A stretch of DNA of 64,000 nt, taken from positions 320,055-384,054 of the forward strand of contig JACPKM010000001.1 of the NCBI GenBank assembly GCA_016187025.1, given 5' to 3'. Position numbers and translations under genes: made by a program. Below the pieces are notes generated by a model. That model saw only the letters and a list, made by a program, of their open reading frames with translations, ran no database searches and had not been told where the DNA came from. Within the stretch, counting starts at the first letter, position 1. Every line of letters begins with the position of its first letter. The stretch is from Candidatus Daviesbacteria bacterium. Its GTDB lineage: Bacteria; Patescibacteriota; Microgenomatia; Daviesbacterales; UBA10151. Of the stretch, positions 38,546 to 48,871 are shown piece by piece.

Positions 38546-39849
38546 AAGATAAAATACTACCCATTTTTATCCTGGTTATAACTCTGGTTGCTTTAGTGGT
38601 GGATTTACCAAAGCTTCCTAAGGTTAAATTACTTGGCCGTGAAGTAAGTATTGAGCTTCCTTTAAAATTGGGACTGGATCTGCAAGGTGGTATGCAGCTT
38701 ATTTTGCAAACTGATATGTCCAAAATTGACTCTAACAATAAAGACGATGCTCTGCAGGCTGCAAGAGAGGTAATTGAAAGACGGGTTAACTTATTCGGTG
38801 TATCTGAGGCAATAGTACAAACATCAAAGGTAGGAGATGACAGAAGAATTATAGTTGAGTTGCCAGGGATCAAAGATGCCACCGGAGCTGCTGATTTAGT
38901 AGGTAAAACTGCCCAGCTTGAGTTTAGGGAATTACCAGCAACAATTTCTGCTGAGATGTCTGAGGCAACCAAATCAGGTATTCCCCTGATTTATTTCTCA
39001 ACTCCGGCTGGTTTAACAGGGGCAGATTTGGAAAAAGCTCAAGTGACATACGGATCTGTAAGTGGGGGTAGTAGCGGTCCACAAGTTGCAATAGAGTTTA
39101 CTAGCGAAGGAGCAAATAAATTTGCCGAGATTACCAAAAGAAATATCGGTAAGTCACTGCCAATTTTTCTGGATGAGCAAATTGTCTCAGCTCCAACAGT
39201 AAATCAGGAGATTTTAGGGGGGAGCGCTGTAATTACTGGGCAGTTTACAACAGATGAAGCCAAAAAGTTAGCAGTGCAATTAAATGCTGGTGCGCTGCCT
39301 GTTCCAATAAAGATTTTAGAACAAAGGGTTATTGGTCCTACCTTAGGGCAGGAAGCAGTCAACAAAAGCTTAGTTGCTGGAATTATCGGTCTTGCCATAG
39401 TGATGGTTTATATGGGTTTATATTACGGACTGTATGGAATCCTGGCAGACATTGCCCTGCTTATTTATACAGCAATAGTTTTGGCCATATTTAAAACTGG
39501 ACTTTTTGTGCTACCACCAGTCACGCTGACTCTGGCAGGAATTGCTGGTTTTATTTTGTCTATTGGTATGGCAGTTGATGCAAATATTTTAATCTTTGAG
39601 CGTATTAAAGAAGAAATCAGATGGGGAAAATCAAAATCATTTGCCTTAAGGTTAGGCTTTGACAGGGCATGGAGTTCGATTTGGGCTTCTAATGTGTCTT
39701 CACTGATAACTGCTGCAATTTTATATTACTTTGGTACTAGTTTGATTAAAGGATTTGCAATTACTTTAGCAATAGGAGTTTTGGTCTCCATGTTTACAGC
39801 AATAGTTGTTACAAGGACATTATTGAGATTGGTGATGAGAAATACATGA
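38542..39849 (+). CDS. secD: protein translocase subunit SecD
   Basis: 435 aa; periplasmic P1 domain followed by 6 TM helices with the conserved SecD/F TM region. Confidence 0.8.
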   Translation: MKDKILPIFILVITLVALVVDLPKLPKVKLLGREVSIELPLKLGLDLQGGMQLILQTDMSKIDSNNKDDALQAAREVIERRVNLFGVSEAIVQTSKVGDDRRIIVELPGIKDATGAADLVGKTAQLEFRELPATISAEMSEATKSGIPLIYFSTPAGLTGADLEKAQVTYGSVSGGSSGPQVAIEFTSEGANKFAEITKRNIGKSLPIFLDEQIVSAPTVNQEILGGSAVITGQFTTDEAKKLAVQLNAGALPVPIKILEQRVIGPTLGQEAVNKSLVAGIIGLAIVMVYMGLYYGLYGILADIALLIYTAIVLAIFKTGLFVLPPVTLTLAGIAGFILSIGMAVDANILIFERIKEEIRWGKSKSFALRLGFDRAWSSIWASNVSSLITAAILYYFGTSLIKGFAITLAIGVLVSMFTAIVVTRTLLRLVMRNT

Positions 39850-39852
39850 TAA

Positions 39853-40785
39853 GTGATACGTATTACAAAAAATATGTTATTTCAGTCTAAGAAACCACAT
39901 TATCAATATTTAAAAAGTAAGTGGGGAGCAAAAGATAGGCAACTTCAAAACCAACTTTGGGAAAATCATCAAGATTCTCTAAATTGGTTAGGCAAAACCT
40001 TTCCTATAAAACATTTAGCACTTGGATCTTTGGGCGGGTTAATGTTACTTACAACCCCAGCCACACAAGCTTTACCATCTCCGGAAAATCATTTAAGTCT
40101 CCCCGGTTTGATGGATTCATATGACAAAAATGTTTTCCTGGCTGGGAAGCTAAAGGATTTAGTGCCTGAGGAAGTTAGGCCTTTAACCTCAGATGAAGAA
40201 AAAGATATAGCTCAAGTTTTGACTGTTAATCTAGGGTTTAAAGTTACTCCAGAGTTTGAAGGAAAAAGGTTGGATAGAAATTATGGGTTTATTGGAGGAG
40301 AGCAACATTTGTACCGTTTCCCAGGAGACTCAATATATAAACACACTGATAATGCACAAGATTGGGTAATGTATGGTCCGGCCGGAATTGCTCCTAATCT
40401 GGGAGCTTGGGGCTATTTTGCTCCGTCCCAAAAAGAGTTTAGTGAAACAGACAAACTTAAAGAAAAGTACTACTTGGCTATCCCTACCTTTTTATCATCA
40501 GGGTATGCTGAAAGGGTAGTTGAATATAGAGACTTTTTTAAGTTCAGAAAGATGTTGGTGGTTAATCCAAAAACAGGTCAGGCAGTAGTGGCGGTAATTG
40601 GTGATGCTGGTCCTTCAACTTGGACGGGAAAGCATTTAGGTGGTTCTCCTGAGGTAATGCACTATTTAGGTTTGGCAACTGGTCCTAGAAAAGGAGCAGT
40701 TGTATATTTTTTTATTGATGATCCAGAGGGCAAAATACCCTTGGGTCCTGTTAAATTCGGAAATGATAATATTGCTAGAATATGA
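39853..40785 (+). CDS. membrane-anchored RlpA-like/3D (double-psi beta-barrel) domain protein
   Basis: N-terminal TM helix; C-terminal MLVVNPKTGQAVVAVIGDAGPSTWTGKHLGGSPEVMHYLGL resembles DPBB/3D lytic-transglycosylase-like domains. Confidence 0.4.
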   Translation: MIRITKNMLFQSKKPHYQYLKSKWGAKDRQLQNQLWENHQDSLNWLGKTFPIKHLALGSLGGLMLLTTPATQALPSPENHLSLPGLMDSYDKNVFLAGKLKDLVPEEVRPLTSDEEKDIAQVLTVNLGFKVTPEFEGKRLDRNYGFIGGEQHLYRFPGDSIYKHTDNAQDWVMYGPAGIAPNLGAWGYFAPSQKEFSETDKLKEKYYLAIPTFLSSGYAERVVEYRDFFKFRKMLVVNPKTGQAVVAVIGDAGPSTWTGKHLGGSPEVMHYLGLATGPRKGAVVYFFIDDPEGKIPLGPVKFGNDNIARI

Positions 40786-41129
40786 AAAGATTTTTTTACA
40801 CTCACTTAATAGAAATTGAATCGCTGACAATAGAGCTTGACGAGCTAGACTTATCTAATGAAGAAAAGACAACTTTGGCAAGTTTAATTGATGAAAATTT
40901 ACATCATCAAATATTGAATGCTGTTTTGTCGGAGCTAAATGATGAAGAAAAAAAGGAATTTTTAAGGCATTTGCATCAAAGTGAGGATGATAAATTATGG
41001 AAATTTTTAAACGAAAAGGTAGATGATATAGAAGACAAAATCAAAAAAGCTGCAAATGATTTAAAAGAGGAGATGTGCAAAGATATTAAAGAGTCCCAAA
41101 GGCTAAAACTTAAAAGTAAAATAATATGA
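40782..41129 (+). CDS. hypothetical acidic coiled-coil protein
   Basis: 115 aa, overlaps flanking genes, no motif. Confidence 0.3.
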   Translation: MKRFFYTHLIEIESLTIELDELDLSNEEKTTLASLIDENLHHQILNAVLSELNDEEKKEFLRHLHQSEDDKLWKFLNEKVDDIEDKIKKAANDLKEEMCKDIKESQRLKLKSKII

Positions 41130-42010
41130 ACTTAATGAAGTTTAAAATCTGGTATTTTATATTTTCCCTTCTTGTAATTATTCCTGGGCTTTACTATTTG
41201 TTTATATCTGGTTTAAGGCTCGGTATAGATTTTACCGGTGGTGCTTTGCTTGAGTATAGATTTAAGCAAGAAATTAATACCCAACAGCTGGGAGATTTAT
41301 TAAAACAAAACAAGATTGAAGTAAGCCAAATTGTTTCAACTCAGGAAAACACCTATATCATTAAAGCAAAACCACTAACTCAGGAAAATATAAAAGATGT
41401 TAAAACTGCGTTGTCTAGTACATACGGTGAAATGGAGGAAAGAAGAATAGAAAATGTTGGTCCAACAATCGGAGCAGAGGTTTCCAAAAAAGCTGTCTTG
41501 GCTTTGGCTATCTCAGTGCTGGCAATAATATTATATATTACATATACTTTCAGAAAAGTTCCCAAGCCTGCATCTTCATGGCGTTTTGGAATTGCCACAA
41601 TTATTGCATTAGTCCATGATGTTTTAATGGTTGTTGGGGTTTTTGCTATACTTGGTCATTTTTGGCAAGTTGAGGTCGATACACTGTTTGTTACAGCCCT
41701 GCTTACCATTATCGGTTTTTCTGTACATGATACGATTGTGGTGTTTGACCGGATTAGAGAAAACTTAATAAAAAATATTGGACAAAGATTTGGGGATGTA
41801 GCCAATTTATCTGTTATTCAAACCCTTGCCAGATCTTTAAATACATCACTGACGCTAGTTTTTGTACTGATTGCCATGGTGCTGTTTGGAGGGGAAAGTC
41901 TAAGGTGGTTTGTAATAGCCATGTTAATCGGGGTGATTTCTGGGACATATTCATCTATATTTAATGCTACAGCAGTTTTGGCTCTTTGGGAGGAAAAACT
42001 TGGTCACTAA
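41126..42010 (+). CDS. secF: protein translocase subunit SecF
   Basis: 294 aa; SecF N-terminal motif IDFTGGALLEY and 6 TM helices. Confidence 0.8.
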   Translation: MNLMKFKIWYFIFSLLVIIPGLYYLFISGLRLGIDFTGGALLEYRFKQEINTQQLGDLLKQNKIEVSQIVSTQENTYIIKAKPLTQENIKDVKTALSSTYGEMEERRIENVGPTIGAEVSKKAVLALAISVLAIILYITYTFRKVPKPASSWRFGIATIIALVHDVLMVVGVFAILGHFWQVEVDTLFVTALLTIIGFSVHDTIVVFDRIRENLIKNIGQRFGDVANLSVIQTLARSLNTSLTLVFVLIAMVLFGGESLRWFVIAMLIGVISGTYSSIFNATAVLALWEEKLGH

Positions 42011-43365
42011 ATCTTTTTCATTCTTTCCAAAAGATATTCACGGTTGTTTTTAGAAGAATCTTCCAAAACCTCTTGAAAAAGAGTGTTGAGGATTTCTCCA
42101 ACCTTTGGACCGGGCTTTATGTTTAACTCTTTCATCACATCATTACCATTTATTTTAAGATCAGCAACAGTAAAGGGTTTTTTTAATACCTCATCTATTC
42201 TGTTCCTGAACTCTTTCATTCTCCAGGAAACAGCATTTTGTGTTCCACCCCCTAATCTGTCTCCAACTCGTACTGCCATCATATCGTCAATATTTTCTAC
42301 TCCTACATTTTTGATAAATCTTCTAACCGCAGAATCGGTTTGATTTACATCAACTGTAAAAAGATGCCACCTGACAAGTGCTACTAATTTTTCAACTTGC
42401 TTTTTAGATAGCTTGAATCTATGAGCAATCTGCTGGGCAATTTTTCCTCCTACTACATCATGACCATAAAAGGTGACGTTGCCATCTTTTTGCACAAATA
42501 CAGTATCTGGTTTACCAATATCATGAATGAGTGCAGCAAATCTGACTAAAGGGTTTGGGGAGGGAGTATGTTTTAGCGAGAGTAGACTATGTTCTCCTAT
42601 ATCATACTCTCTATCATGTTTTGGTCCTTCTTGTACAATACCAAAGCATCTTTCCAGCTCAGGTAATATTTTTTTTAAAATTCCTGATTCTCTTAAGCTT
42701 AATATGCCTTCATAGGAATTTTTAGACTCAAGTATTTTAAATAGTTCATCCCTAATTCTTTCCCAAGAAACCTTTTTTATTAAATCAGCGTTTTGTTTTA
42801 TAGCATCAAAGGTGTTTTGATCAACTTCAAAATTTAATTGGGTGGCAATTCTGATTGCCCGCATAAGTCGTAAGGCATCTTCCTGAAAACGGACATTGGG
42901 ATCACCTACAGCTCTAATGAGCTTATCTTTAATATCATTTTGTCCATGAAAAGGATCTATAAGAGTTAAGTCTTCACTCTTTACGCTTAACGCTTTACCC
43001 TTGCCTAAGGCTATAGCATTAATTGTAAAATCTCTTCTTGCTAAATCTTGATTAATATCCTGGGTCCAGGAGACTTGATCAGGATGCCTTAAATCTCTAT
43101 AAACCCCCTCTTTTCTCATAGTAGTGATTTCAATAATTCCTAAGTCTGAGGGAAGTCCTACTGTGCCAAACTTGTTGGTATAAAAAGCATTAGGGAATAA
43201 TTTCAAGATTTCATCCGGTTTGGCATCAGTTGTGAAATCCCAATCGTGGATCTCCCGTCCCATCAATAAATCACGTACTGCCCCTCCGACAACAAAAGCT
43301 TGATAACCGGATTTTTCTAAGTTTTCTAAAATTACTTTGACCTGGTCAGGTAAGTTATATTTCAT
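42007..43365 (-). CDS. cca: CCA-adding tRNA nucleotidyltransferase with HD domain
   Basis: Pol-beta NTase head GGAVRDLLMGREIHDWDFTT, HD motif LIHDIGK. Confidence 0.8.
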   Translation of the reverse strand: MKYNLPDQVKVILENLEKSGYQAFVVGGAVRDLLMGREIHDWDFTTDAKPDEILKLFPNAFYTNKFGTVGLPSDLGIIEITTMRKEGVYRDLRHPDQVSWTQDINQDLARRDFTINAIALGKGKALSVKSEDLTLIDPFHGQNDIKDKLIRAVGDPNVRFQEDALRLMRAIRIATQLNFEVDQNTFDAIKQNADLIKKVSWERIRDELFKILESKNSYEGILSLRESGILKKILPELERCFGIVQEGPKHDREYDIGEHSLLSLKHTPSPNPLVRFAALIHDIGKPDTVFVQKDGNVTFYGHDVVGGKIAQQIAHRFKLSKKQVEKLVALVRWHLFTVDVNQTDSAVRRFIKNVGVENIDDMMAVRVGDRLGGGTQNAVSWRMKEFRNRIDEVLKKPFTVADLKINGNDVMKELNIKPGPKVGEILNTLFQEVLEDSSKNNREYLLERMKKI

Positions 43366-43404
43366 ATTATGTAAAGCAATTCAATTCTACACTGTGTAAG
43401 GTGT

Positions 43405-45018
43405 ATGTTACAATTGCATCGGTTTATGCAAAAAATCTGGAAAGTTAAACCCAAACAAAGCGAAGATATCCTCGAGCAACTCTTGATAAACCGCAATATC
43501 GCAGCAGATAAAGAAAAACAAGTCTTTTTTGACGCTAAGTTGGATGATTTTGAAAAAGAGTTACAAATCTCAGGAATTTTAAAGGCCCAAAAAAGGATAA
43601 AAGAGGCAATAGAAAAACAGGAACTCATTGTTATATATGGTGATTATGATGTAGACGGTATTAGCGCGTCAGCAATTTGTTATAAAGCTTTAACATCAAT
43701 TGGCGCAAAGGTTTTACCATATATTCCGCACCGGGAGAAAGAAGGTTATGGTTTGTCAGAAACTGGGTTAATGTTTGCCCGTGATTCAGGGGCAAGTTTG
43801 GTGATAACAGTTGATAATGGCATTGTTGCAATAAACCAAGCAAAATATGCAAAGGATTTAGAACTGGATTTAATAATTACTGATCATCATTTACCACTAA
43901 AGGAAAAGCCTCAAGCTTACTCAATTATCCATTCAACAAAAATGTGTGGAGCAGCAGTTGCCTGGTGTTTGGTAAGGGGGGTGATTGGTAAAAATCTAGC
44001 TCAAGACTTATTGCAGTTTGTAGCAATTGCAACTGTTTGTGATCTGATGCCTTTAATAGGTCTAGGACGGGTATTTTTAAAAGAAGGATTAAAAGCTTTA
44101 AGAAAAACAGATAATTTAGGACTGAGAGAGCTGGCAAAAGAGGCCAAAATAGATTTGGAAAATGTTGGCTCCTATGAGATAGGCCATATTTTAGGACCAA
44201 GACTTAATGCTGTAGGAAGGCTGGAGCATGCAATAGATGCTTTAAGGCTTTTGTGCACAAAACATGTGATAAAAGCAAAGACTTTAGCAAAGCTTCTTTC
44301 AGATACAAACAAAAAAAGGCAACAACTCACACTGGATGCAGTTGATGAGGCAAAGCTTTTAATAGATAAAACTAAAAAAGTTCACATATTATCCAGCCAA
44401 AATTGGTCCCAAGGAATAATAGGGTTGGTTGCCGGTAGAGTCTGTGGAGAATATTACCGGCCAGCAATTGCCATATCTGTTGGAGAAAGTATTTCTAAAG
44501 GTTCTGCTAGATCAGTTGCTGGACTAAATATTGTCGAAATTATCAGAGAGTGTAAGGATCTATTAATAGATGTTGGTGGTCATTCCGGTGCAGCAGGTTT
44601 TTCTTTATATAATGAAAACTTAAAAACTTTTATTGAGAAAATAGAAGGGTTGGTAATGGATTTACCCGATCAAATAGAGCAGGTTTTAGAAATAGATGCC
44701 CAGCTTGATAGTAAAAAAATAACCAAAAGTTTAATAAATAAACTAGAGGATTTTGAACCGTTTGGTTTTGGTAATCCACGTCCTTTATTTGTAACAGAAA
44801 GAATGCAAGTTTCCGGTCTCAAAACAGTAGGGGAGGGAAAGCATCTAAAATTTAGGGCAGATAATATAGATGCCATAGGGTTTGGGGTGGGAGAGTGGAA
44901 AAATATTTTAACTAATGGGCAGTTTGTGGATCTGGTTTATAATATTGAATTAAATAGGTATAACGGTTTTGAGAAAATACAGCTAATGGTAAAAGATTTA
45001 AAGGTTTCTGATAGTTGA
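43405..45018 (+). CDS. recJ: single-stranded-DNA-specific exonuclease RecJ
   Basis: DHH motifs (IYGDYDVDGISASAI, ITDHH) and DHHA1 domain (GGHSGAAGF). Confidence 0.8.
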   Translation: MLQLHRFMQKIWKVKPKQSEDILEQLLINRNIAADKEKQVFFDAKLDDFEKELQISGILKAQKRIKEAIEKQELIVIYGDYDVDGISASAICYKALTSIGAKVLPYIPHREKEGYGLSETGLMFARDSGASLVITVDNGIVAINQAKYAKDLELDLIITDHHLPLKEKPQAYSIIHSTKMCGAAVAWCLVRGVIGKNLAQDLLQFVAIATVCDLMPLIGLGRVFLKEGLKALRKTDNLGLRELAKEAKIDLENVGSYEIGHILGPRLNAVGRLEHAIDALRLLCTKHVIKAKTLAKLLSDTNKKRQQLTLDAVDEAKLLIDKTKKVHILSSQNWSQGIIGLVAGRVCGEYYRPAIAISVGESISKGSARSVAGLNIVEIIRECKDLLIDVGGHSGAAGFSLYNENLKTFIEKIEGLVMDLPDQIEQVLEIDAQLDSKKITKSLINKLEDFEPFGFGNPRPLFVTERMQVSGLKTVGEGKHLKFRADNIDAIGFGVGEWKNILTNGQFVDLVYNIELNRYNGFEKIQLMVKDLKVSDS

Positions 45019-45020
45019 AA

Positions 45021-45578
45021 TTATTTTACTATATCTGATGTGGGATCTTCTGAATGATCTCTGGGAGGTCTATTACTATCGCTCATGATTCTATTGCCTT
45101 CTTTTTCCTCATGTTCTTCTGCAGCAGCAGCTATTTGTTGTGTTGTTGCTTCTCCAACCAGCCTATTGTGCTTTTCTTGCTCTTCGGTGGGTTGATACAC
45201 ACCCAGATTAGGATATCTTACAACCCTTTGTGCTGTTTCTCTTCCACCAACCAATCCTGGCTCAGTCGCATCAAGGGTTGATACTGCATTTCTGGCAGCA
45301 TCTTTAATAGGTTGAGTAATTTGATCACCTAATGCTTGACCCTCTGAACTTTGAGAGGCTGCTACTCCAATGGGAACTCCTAAAAGCCCACCTATTAACA
45401 TACCTACTCCAGCTAACCTTGCTTTCCACCCTACCCCTCTTTTTTTCTCTTGAAGTTGAGCAAGAAAAGGCTGCCGGTTTTCAAAGCTTCCTGGAGAAGC
45501 TCTTCCTCCCATGCCCAAACCAGGATTCACCGGAGCTACATATCCTTTTGGTAGGTCATTCTCCCCTGAGTCTTCCAT
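45021..45578 (-). CDS. hypothetical single-pass membrane protein
   Basis: 185 aa with one Gly-rich TM helix (LAGVGMLIGGLLGVPIGVAA) and acidic termini. Confidence 0.35.
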   Translation of the reverse strand: MEDSGENDLPKGYVAPVNPGLGMGGRASPGSFENRQPFLAQLQEKKRGVGWKARLAGVGMLIGGLLGVPIGVAASQSSEGQALGDQITQPIKDAARNAVSTLDATEPGLVGGRETAQRVVRYPNLGVYQPTEEQEKHNRLVGEATTQQIAAAAEEHEEKEGNRIMSDSNRPPRDHSEDPTSDIVK

Positions 45579-45617
45579 ATATTTACCCTAGCTTAAATTT
45601 TAGTAGATTGCAATAGG

Positions 45618-46703
45618 CTAAACTGAGATTAGTTTTTGGCAAAATTCTGCTGCTTGAACCATTTGAGGAATAACTACATATTCCCTTGTTGTGTGGGCAT
45701 CAAAATCGCCTGTGCCGACAACAACTGCTTCTATTCCATGAGTATGAAAAATATTTACATCAGTTCCACCGCCGGAATGTTGTAAGTTAGGAGATAAATT
45801 CATTTGTTTAAAAACTTCTCTTATGTGTTTTATCACCCGATGGTTTTCATCAAAAAAGTAAGCCTCAAATTCGCGGGATATATCTGCATCGATTTTGGCA
45901 TTTGGATATTTTGATAAAACATTATCAAAAACTTCCTGAAAATGTTTAGTGTGTTTTTCTAACTTTTCTTTATTTCTACTCCTTATCTCCCCCTTAAAGT
46001 GGACTTTTTCAGGAACTGCATTTCTGGCACTGCCTCCCTCAATAAGTCCAATATTGGCAGTTGTTTCTTTGTCGATTCTTCCAAGTTGTAATTGAGAGAT
46101 AATCTCTGAGGCTATTTGTATGGCAGATAATCCTTTTTCCGGATCTGCTCCCGCATGTGCAGCCCTGCCTATAACAGTTACATTGACGCTGTTGTAACCA
46201 GGGGAGGAAATGTCGATATTATGTAATTCCTTTTCACCGTCAAAAGTAACTCCTCTTTTGGCAGAAATTTGAGAATAGTCTAAATTTATTGCACCTCCTA
46301 AAGAGCTTTCTTCTTCTCTGGTAAAAACTACCTCAATTGGCAGATGCTTTTTCCCATCTTCAATTACAGAAGTTAAAGCTTCTAAAATAGCAGTAACCCC
46401 GGCTTTTGGATCTCCCCCTAAGACAGTTGTCCCGTCAGATTTGATAATATCCCCATCAATAATTGGTTTAATGCCTCTTCCTGGTTCCACAGTATCCATA
46501 TGGGCATTAAGCATGATTGGTTCACCCGCACCATCCAATGTTCCAATGACATTTCCATAAGTATCTCTCAGGACTTTAAATCCTAAAGTCTTTAGTCTTT
46601 TCATCAATTCTTTAGCCATTTCCTCCTCCTCTCCAGAAGGAGAATCAATTTTTACTAAATCCAAAAAAGTTTCTACTAGTCTTTTCTGATCAACCATAAG
46701 CAC
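45618..46703 (-). CDS. M20/M42-type metallopeptidase
   Basis: LNAHMDTV metal-binding motif, GGDPKAG, EESSLGGA; 361 aa. Confidence 0.6.
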   Translation of the reverse strand: MLMVDQKRLVETFLDLVKIDSPSGEEEEMAKELMKRLKTLGFKVLRDTYGNVIGTLDGAGEPIMLNAHMDTVEPGRGIKPIIDGDIIKSDGTTVLGGDPKAGVTAILEALTSVIEDGKKHLPIEVVFTREEESSLGGAINLDYSQISAKRGVTFDGEKELHNIDISSPGYNSVNVTVIGRAAHAGADPEKGLSAIQIASEIISQLQLGRIDKETTANIGLIEGGSARNAVPEKVHFKGEIRSRNKEKLEKHTKHFQEVFDNVLSKYPNAKIDADISREFEAYFFDENHRVIKHIREVFKQMNLSPNLQHSGGGTDVNIFHTHGIEAVVVGTGDFDAHTTREYVVIPQMVQAAEFCQKLISV

Positions 46704-46733
46704 TTGTATTGTAACAAAGATATTAGAGAATAA

Positions 46734-47786
46734 TTAATTAGACTTTCCTAAAAATTGCTTGAAGTGATGTAGGAACTCTTGATTTTTTTCTCTATGAATT
46801 CTGTCTGGAGATTCGCCCATTTTAATCTCAGTTTCCTCATTTTTTGCAACTATGAACTCGATTAGCCTTTTAAGAAATTCATCTTCACTCAAAGTTCCAC
46901 TAACTAAACTCTCTAAGGCAACTCTCGTTAGTTTACTATCATCACGCGGATCTAACGCCAGCAATTTAGCAACTCTATAACGAGGTATGGCGTCAGTAAT
47001 AGCTGAGATTACCTGATGTAATTCAGGGCTATATCGATGAGGGTCTAACGCATCCTCTAATCTAGGGTTAGTTTTTAAAGTAGCCATATAACTGGCTGCT
47101 TCTTCAGACAAACCAGCGCTTACATAAAACTGTATAAATTCTTCAGGAGCTTCAAAGGTGCCCCGAACTTGATGTATCTCCATGCTACCTAATAATTCCT
47201 TCCAACCGTCACTCATCAAGTCGGGGTCTCCAAAAGTGTCTACCCACTTCTCTGAATGGCTTGTGCCAATGACTGCATTCCCTTGATCCATATGCTCTAG
47301 AAGACGGTGAACAATTGTGTGGCTTCTAACTAGGAATTCCCCACGCGGCATTTTTCTTATTTTCCTGCTACCGCCGATGATGTAATCTAAGCTATCCCAA
47401 AATAGCTCAGCTTGAAACCTATCTGCCCATCTCATAGCGGATCGAACTTTCGGTTCTGGAGTCATAGTAAAGTGTCCATCTACATACGCGTAAGGATTTC
47501 CATCTTCTCTATATAAAGTTCTAAGACCATACATTAAGGCACTTTTTCCAGCTCCTAATTCACCAACAACTAATACTGATTTCCCCCCTGCTGCTTTACT
47601 AGCCAATTCTAAAGTTTCACTTGGAAGCCAAATGTTACGGTTACCTCTTTGAATTCCAAATTTTCTAAGTTTTTCCACTAATTGAGGATCATAAAAACCC
47701 AAACCTGTCCGGCGATGGAATACTTCCTCATCTCTAACGATAAGATCAGGATTAATATGAGAGTTTTTTTGTTCTACCCACACCAT
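46734..47786 (-). CDS. P-loop NTPase/kinase-like hypothetical protein
   Basis: Walker A VVGELGAGKSALMYGL, no other recognisable family motif; 350 aa. Confidence 0.4.
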   Translation of the reverse strand: MVWVEQKNSHINPDLIVRDEEVFHRRTGLGFYDPQLVEKLRKFGIQRGNRNIWLPSETLELASKAAGGKSVLVVGELGAGKSALMYGLRTLYREDGNPYAYVDGHFTMTPEPKVRSAMRWADRFQAELFWDSLDYIIGGSRKIRKMPRGEFLVRSHTIVHRLLEHMDQGNAVIGTSHSEKWVDTFGDPDLMSDGWKELLGSMEIHQVRGTFEAPEEFIQFYVSAGLSEEAASYMATLKTNPRLEDALDPHRYSPELHQVISAITDAIPRYRVAKLLALDPRDDSKLTRVALESLVSGTLSEDEFLKRLIEFIVAKNEETEIKMGESPDRIHREKNQEFLHHFKQFLGKSN

Positions 47787-47788
47787 AT

Positions 47789-48871
47789 TTATGCAGTCTT
47801 TGTAAATTCTGTTAAGAATTTAACTAACTCCTCCATATCTTTTAAATTTACATACTCTGTATATTGATGTGCGAGATAATATCCAGAGCCGATAGGAACA
47901 GCTACAATTTTTTTAGTATTAAAAATATTAGCATCACTGCCACCATAGGTTTTATAATAGTTAGGTTTGGTATGCATTTTTTGATAAGTTTGCTCGAGTT
48001 TGTTAAACAGATTGTGATCAGAGGGGAGTTTATAGCTTTCAAACTCAAGCTTACTATCAATTATAGCCTTCACTTTAAATTCCAGACTTTTTGATTTTAA
48101 AATATTTTCAACTTTTCTGCCTTGACTTATAAGCTTTTTATTATCAAAACTTCTTAACTCTATTTGACACTTGGCTTTTCCAGCAACACTGTTCCTGGCT
48201 GTTCCGCCACTCAAAGTGCCTACATTACAAGTAACTCCGGATATAATCTCGCCTTGTTTGATATTTGCAATTGATTTACAGGCTGCCGCAAGTGCATTGG
48301 CTCCTTCATACCAATCCCTGGGATGTACAGTTGTTCCAACAAACTCTACATCTATTCGATAATAACCGGGTGCTTGGATTACTACATTGGTATAAGGTCC
48401 ATCTTCATCCAATATTAGGCCCACTTTTGATTTAATTTTTGAATAGTCAAGATTTATAGCCCCATGTAAACCAGTTTCTTCACCTCTAGTAAAAACAAAT
48501 TCAATAGGCCTTGTTTTTACCTGATTATTTTTTAAATGTGATGCAAGTAGTAACAGCACGGCTAGACCTGACTTGGGATCAGCGCCTAATATCGACTTTC
48601 CATTGGATCGAATAATATTACCCTTTATAGTAAAGTCTAAATTAGGAACACTCTCAGGTATATCCAAATGGGTATTTAACAATATAGGCTCACCTGTTCC
48701 TGGATAGAAGGCTATAACATTTCTAAAATTATCTAAAATATTAGGAATCCCCAGAGTATCAAGATATCCTTGCACATACTTAATTACCTGATCCTCTTGA
48801 TCGTATATCTCGTCTATTTTTATAAGATCTAAGAAAACCTTTTGTAATTTGCTTTGTAAATCGTTTTTCAT
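47789..48871 (-). CDS. M20/M42-type metallopeptidase paralog
   Basis: Collinear with 45618..46703 (LNTHLDIPE vs LNAHMDTVE; GADPKSG; TRGEETGLHGA). Confidence 0.55.
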   Translation of the reverse strand: MKNDLQSKLQKVFLDLIKIDEIYDQEDQVIKYVQGYLDTLGIPNILDNFRNVIAFYPGTGEPILLNTHLDIPESVPNLDFTIKGNIIRSNGKSILGADPKSGLAVLLLLASHLKNNQVKTRPIEFVFTRGEETGLHGAINLDYSKIKSKVGLILDEDGPYTNVVIQAPGYYRIDVEFVGTTVHPRDWYEGANALAAACKSIANIKQGEIISGVTCNVGTLSGGTARNSVAGKAKCQIELRSFDNKKLISQGRKVENILKSKSLEFKVKAIIDSKLEFESYKLPSDHNLFNKLEQTYQKMHTKPNYYKTYGGSDANIFNTKKIVAVPIGSGYYLAHQYTEYVNLKDMEELVKFLTEFTKTA

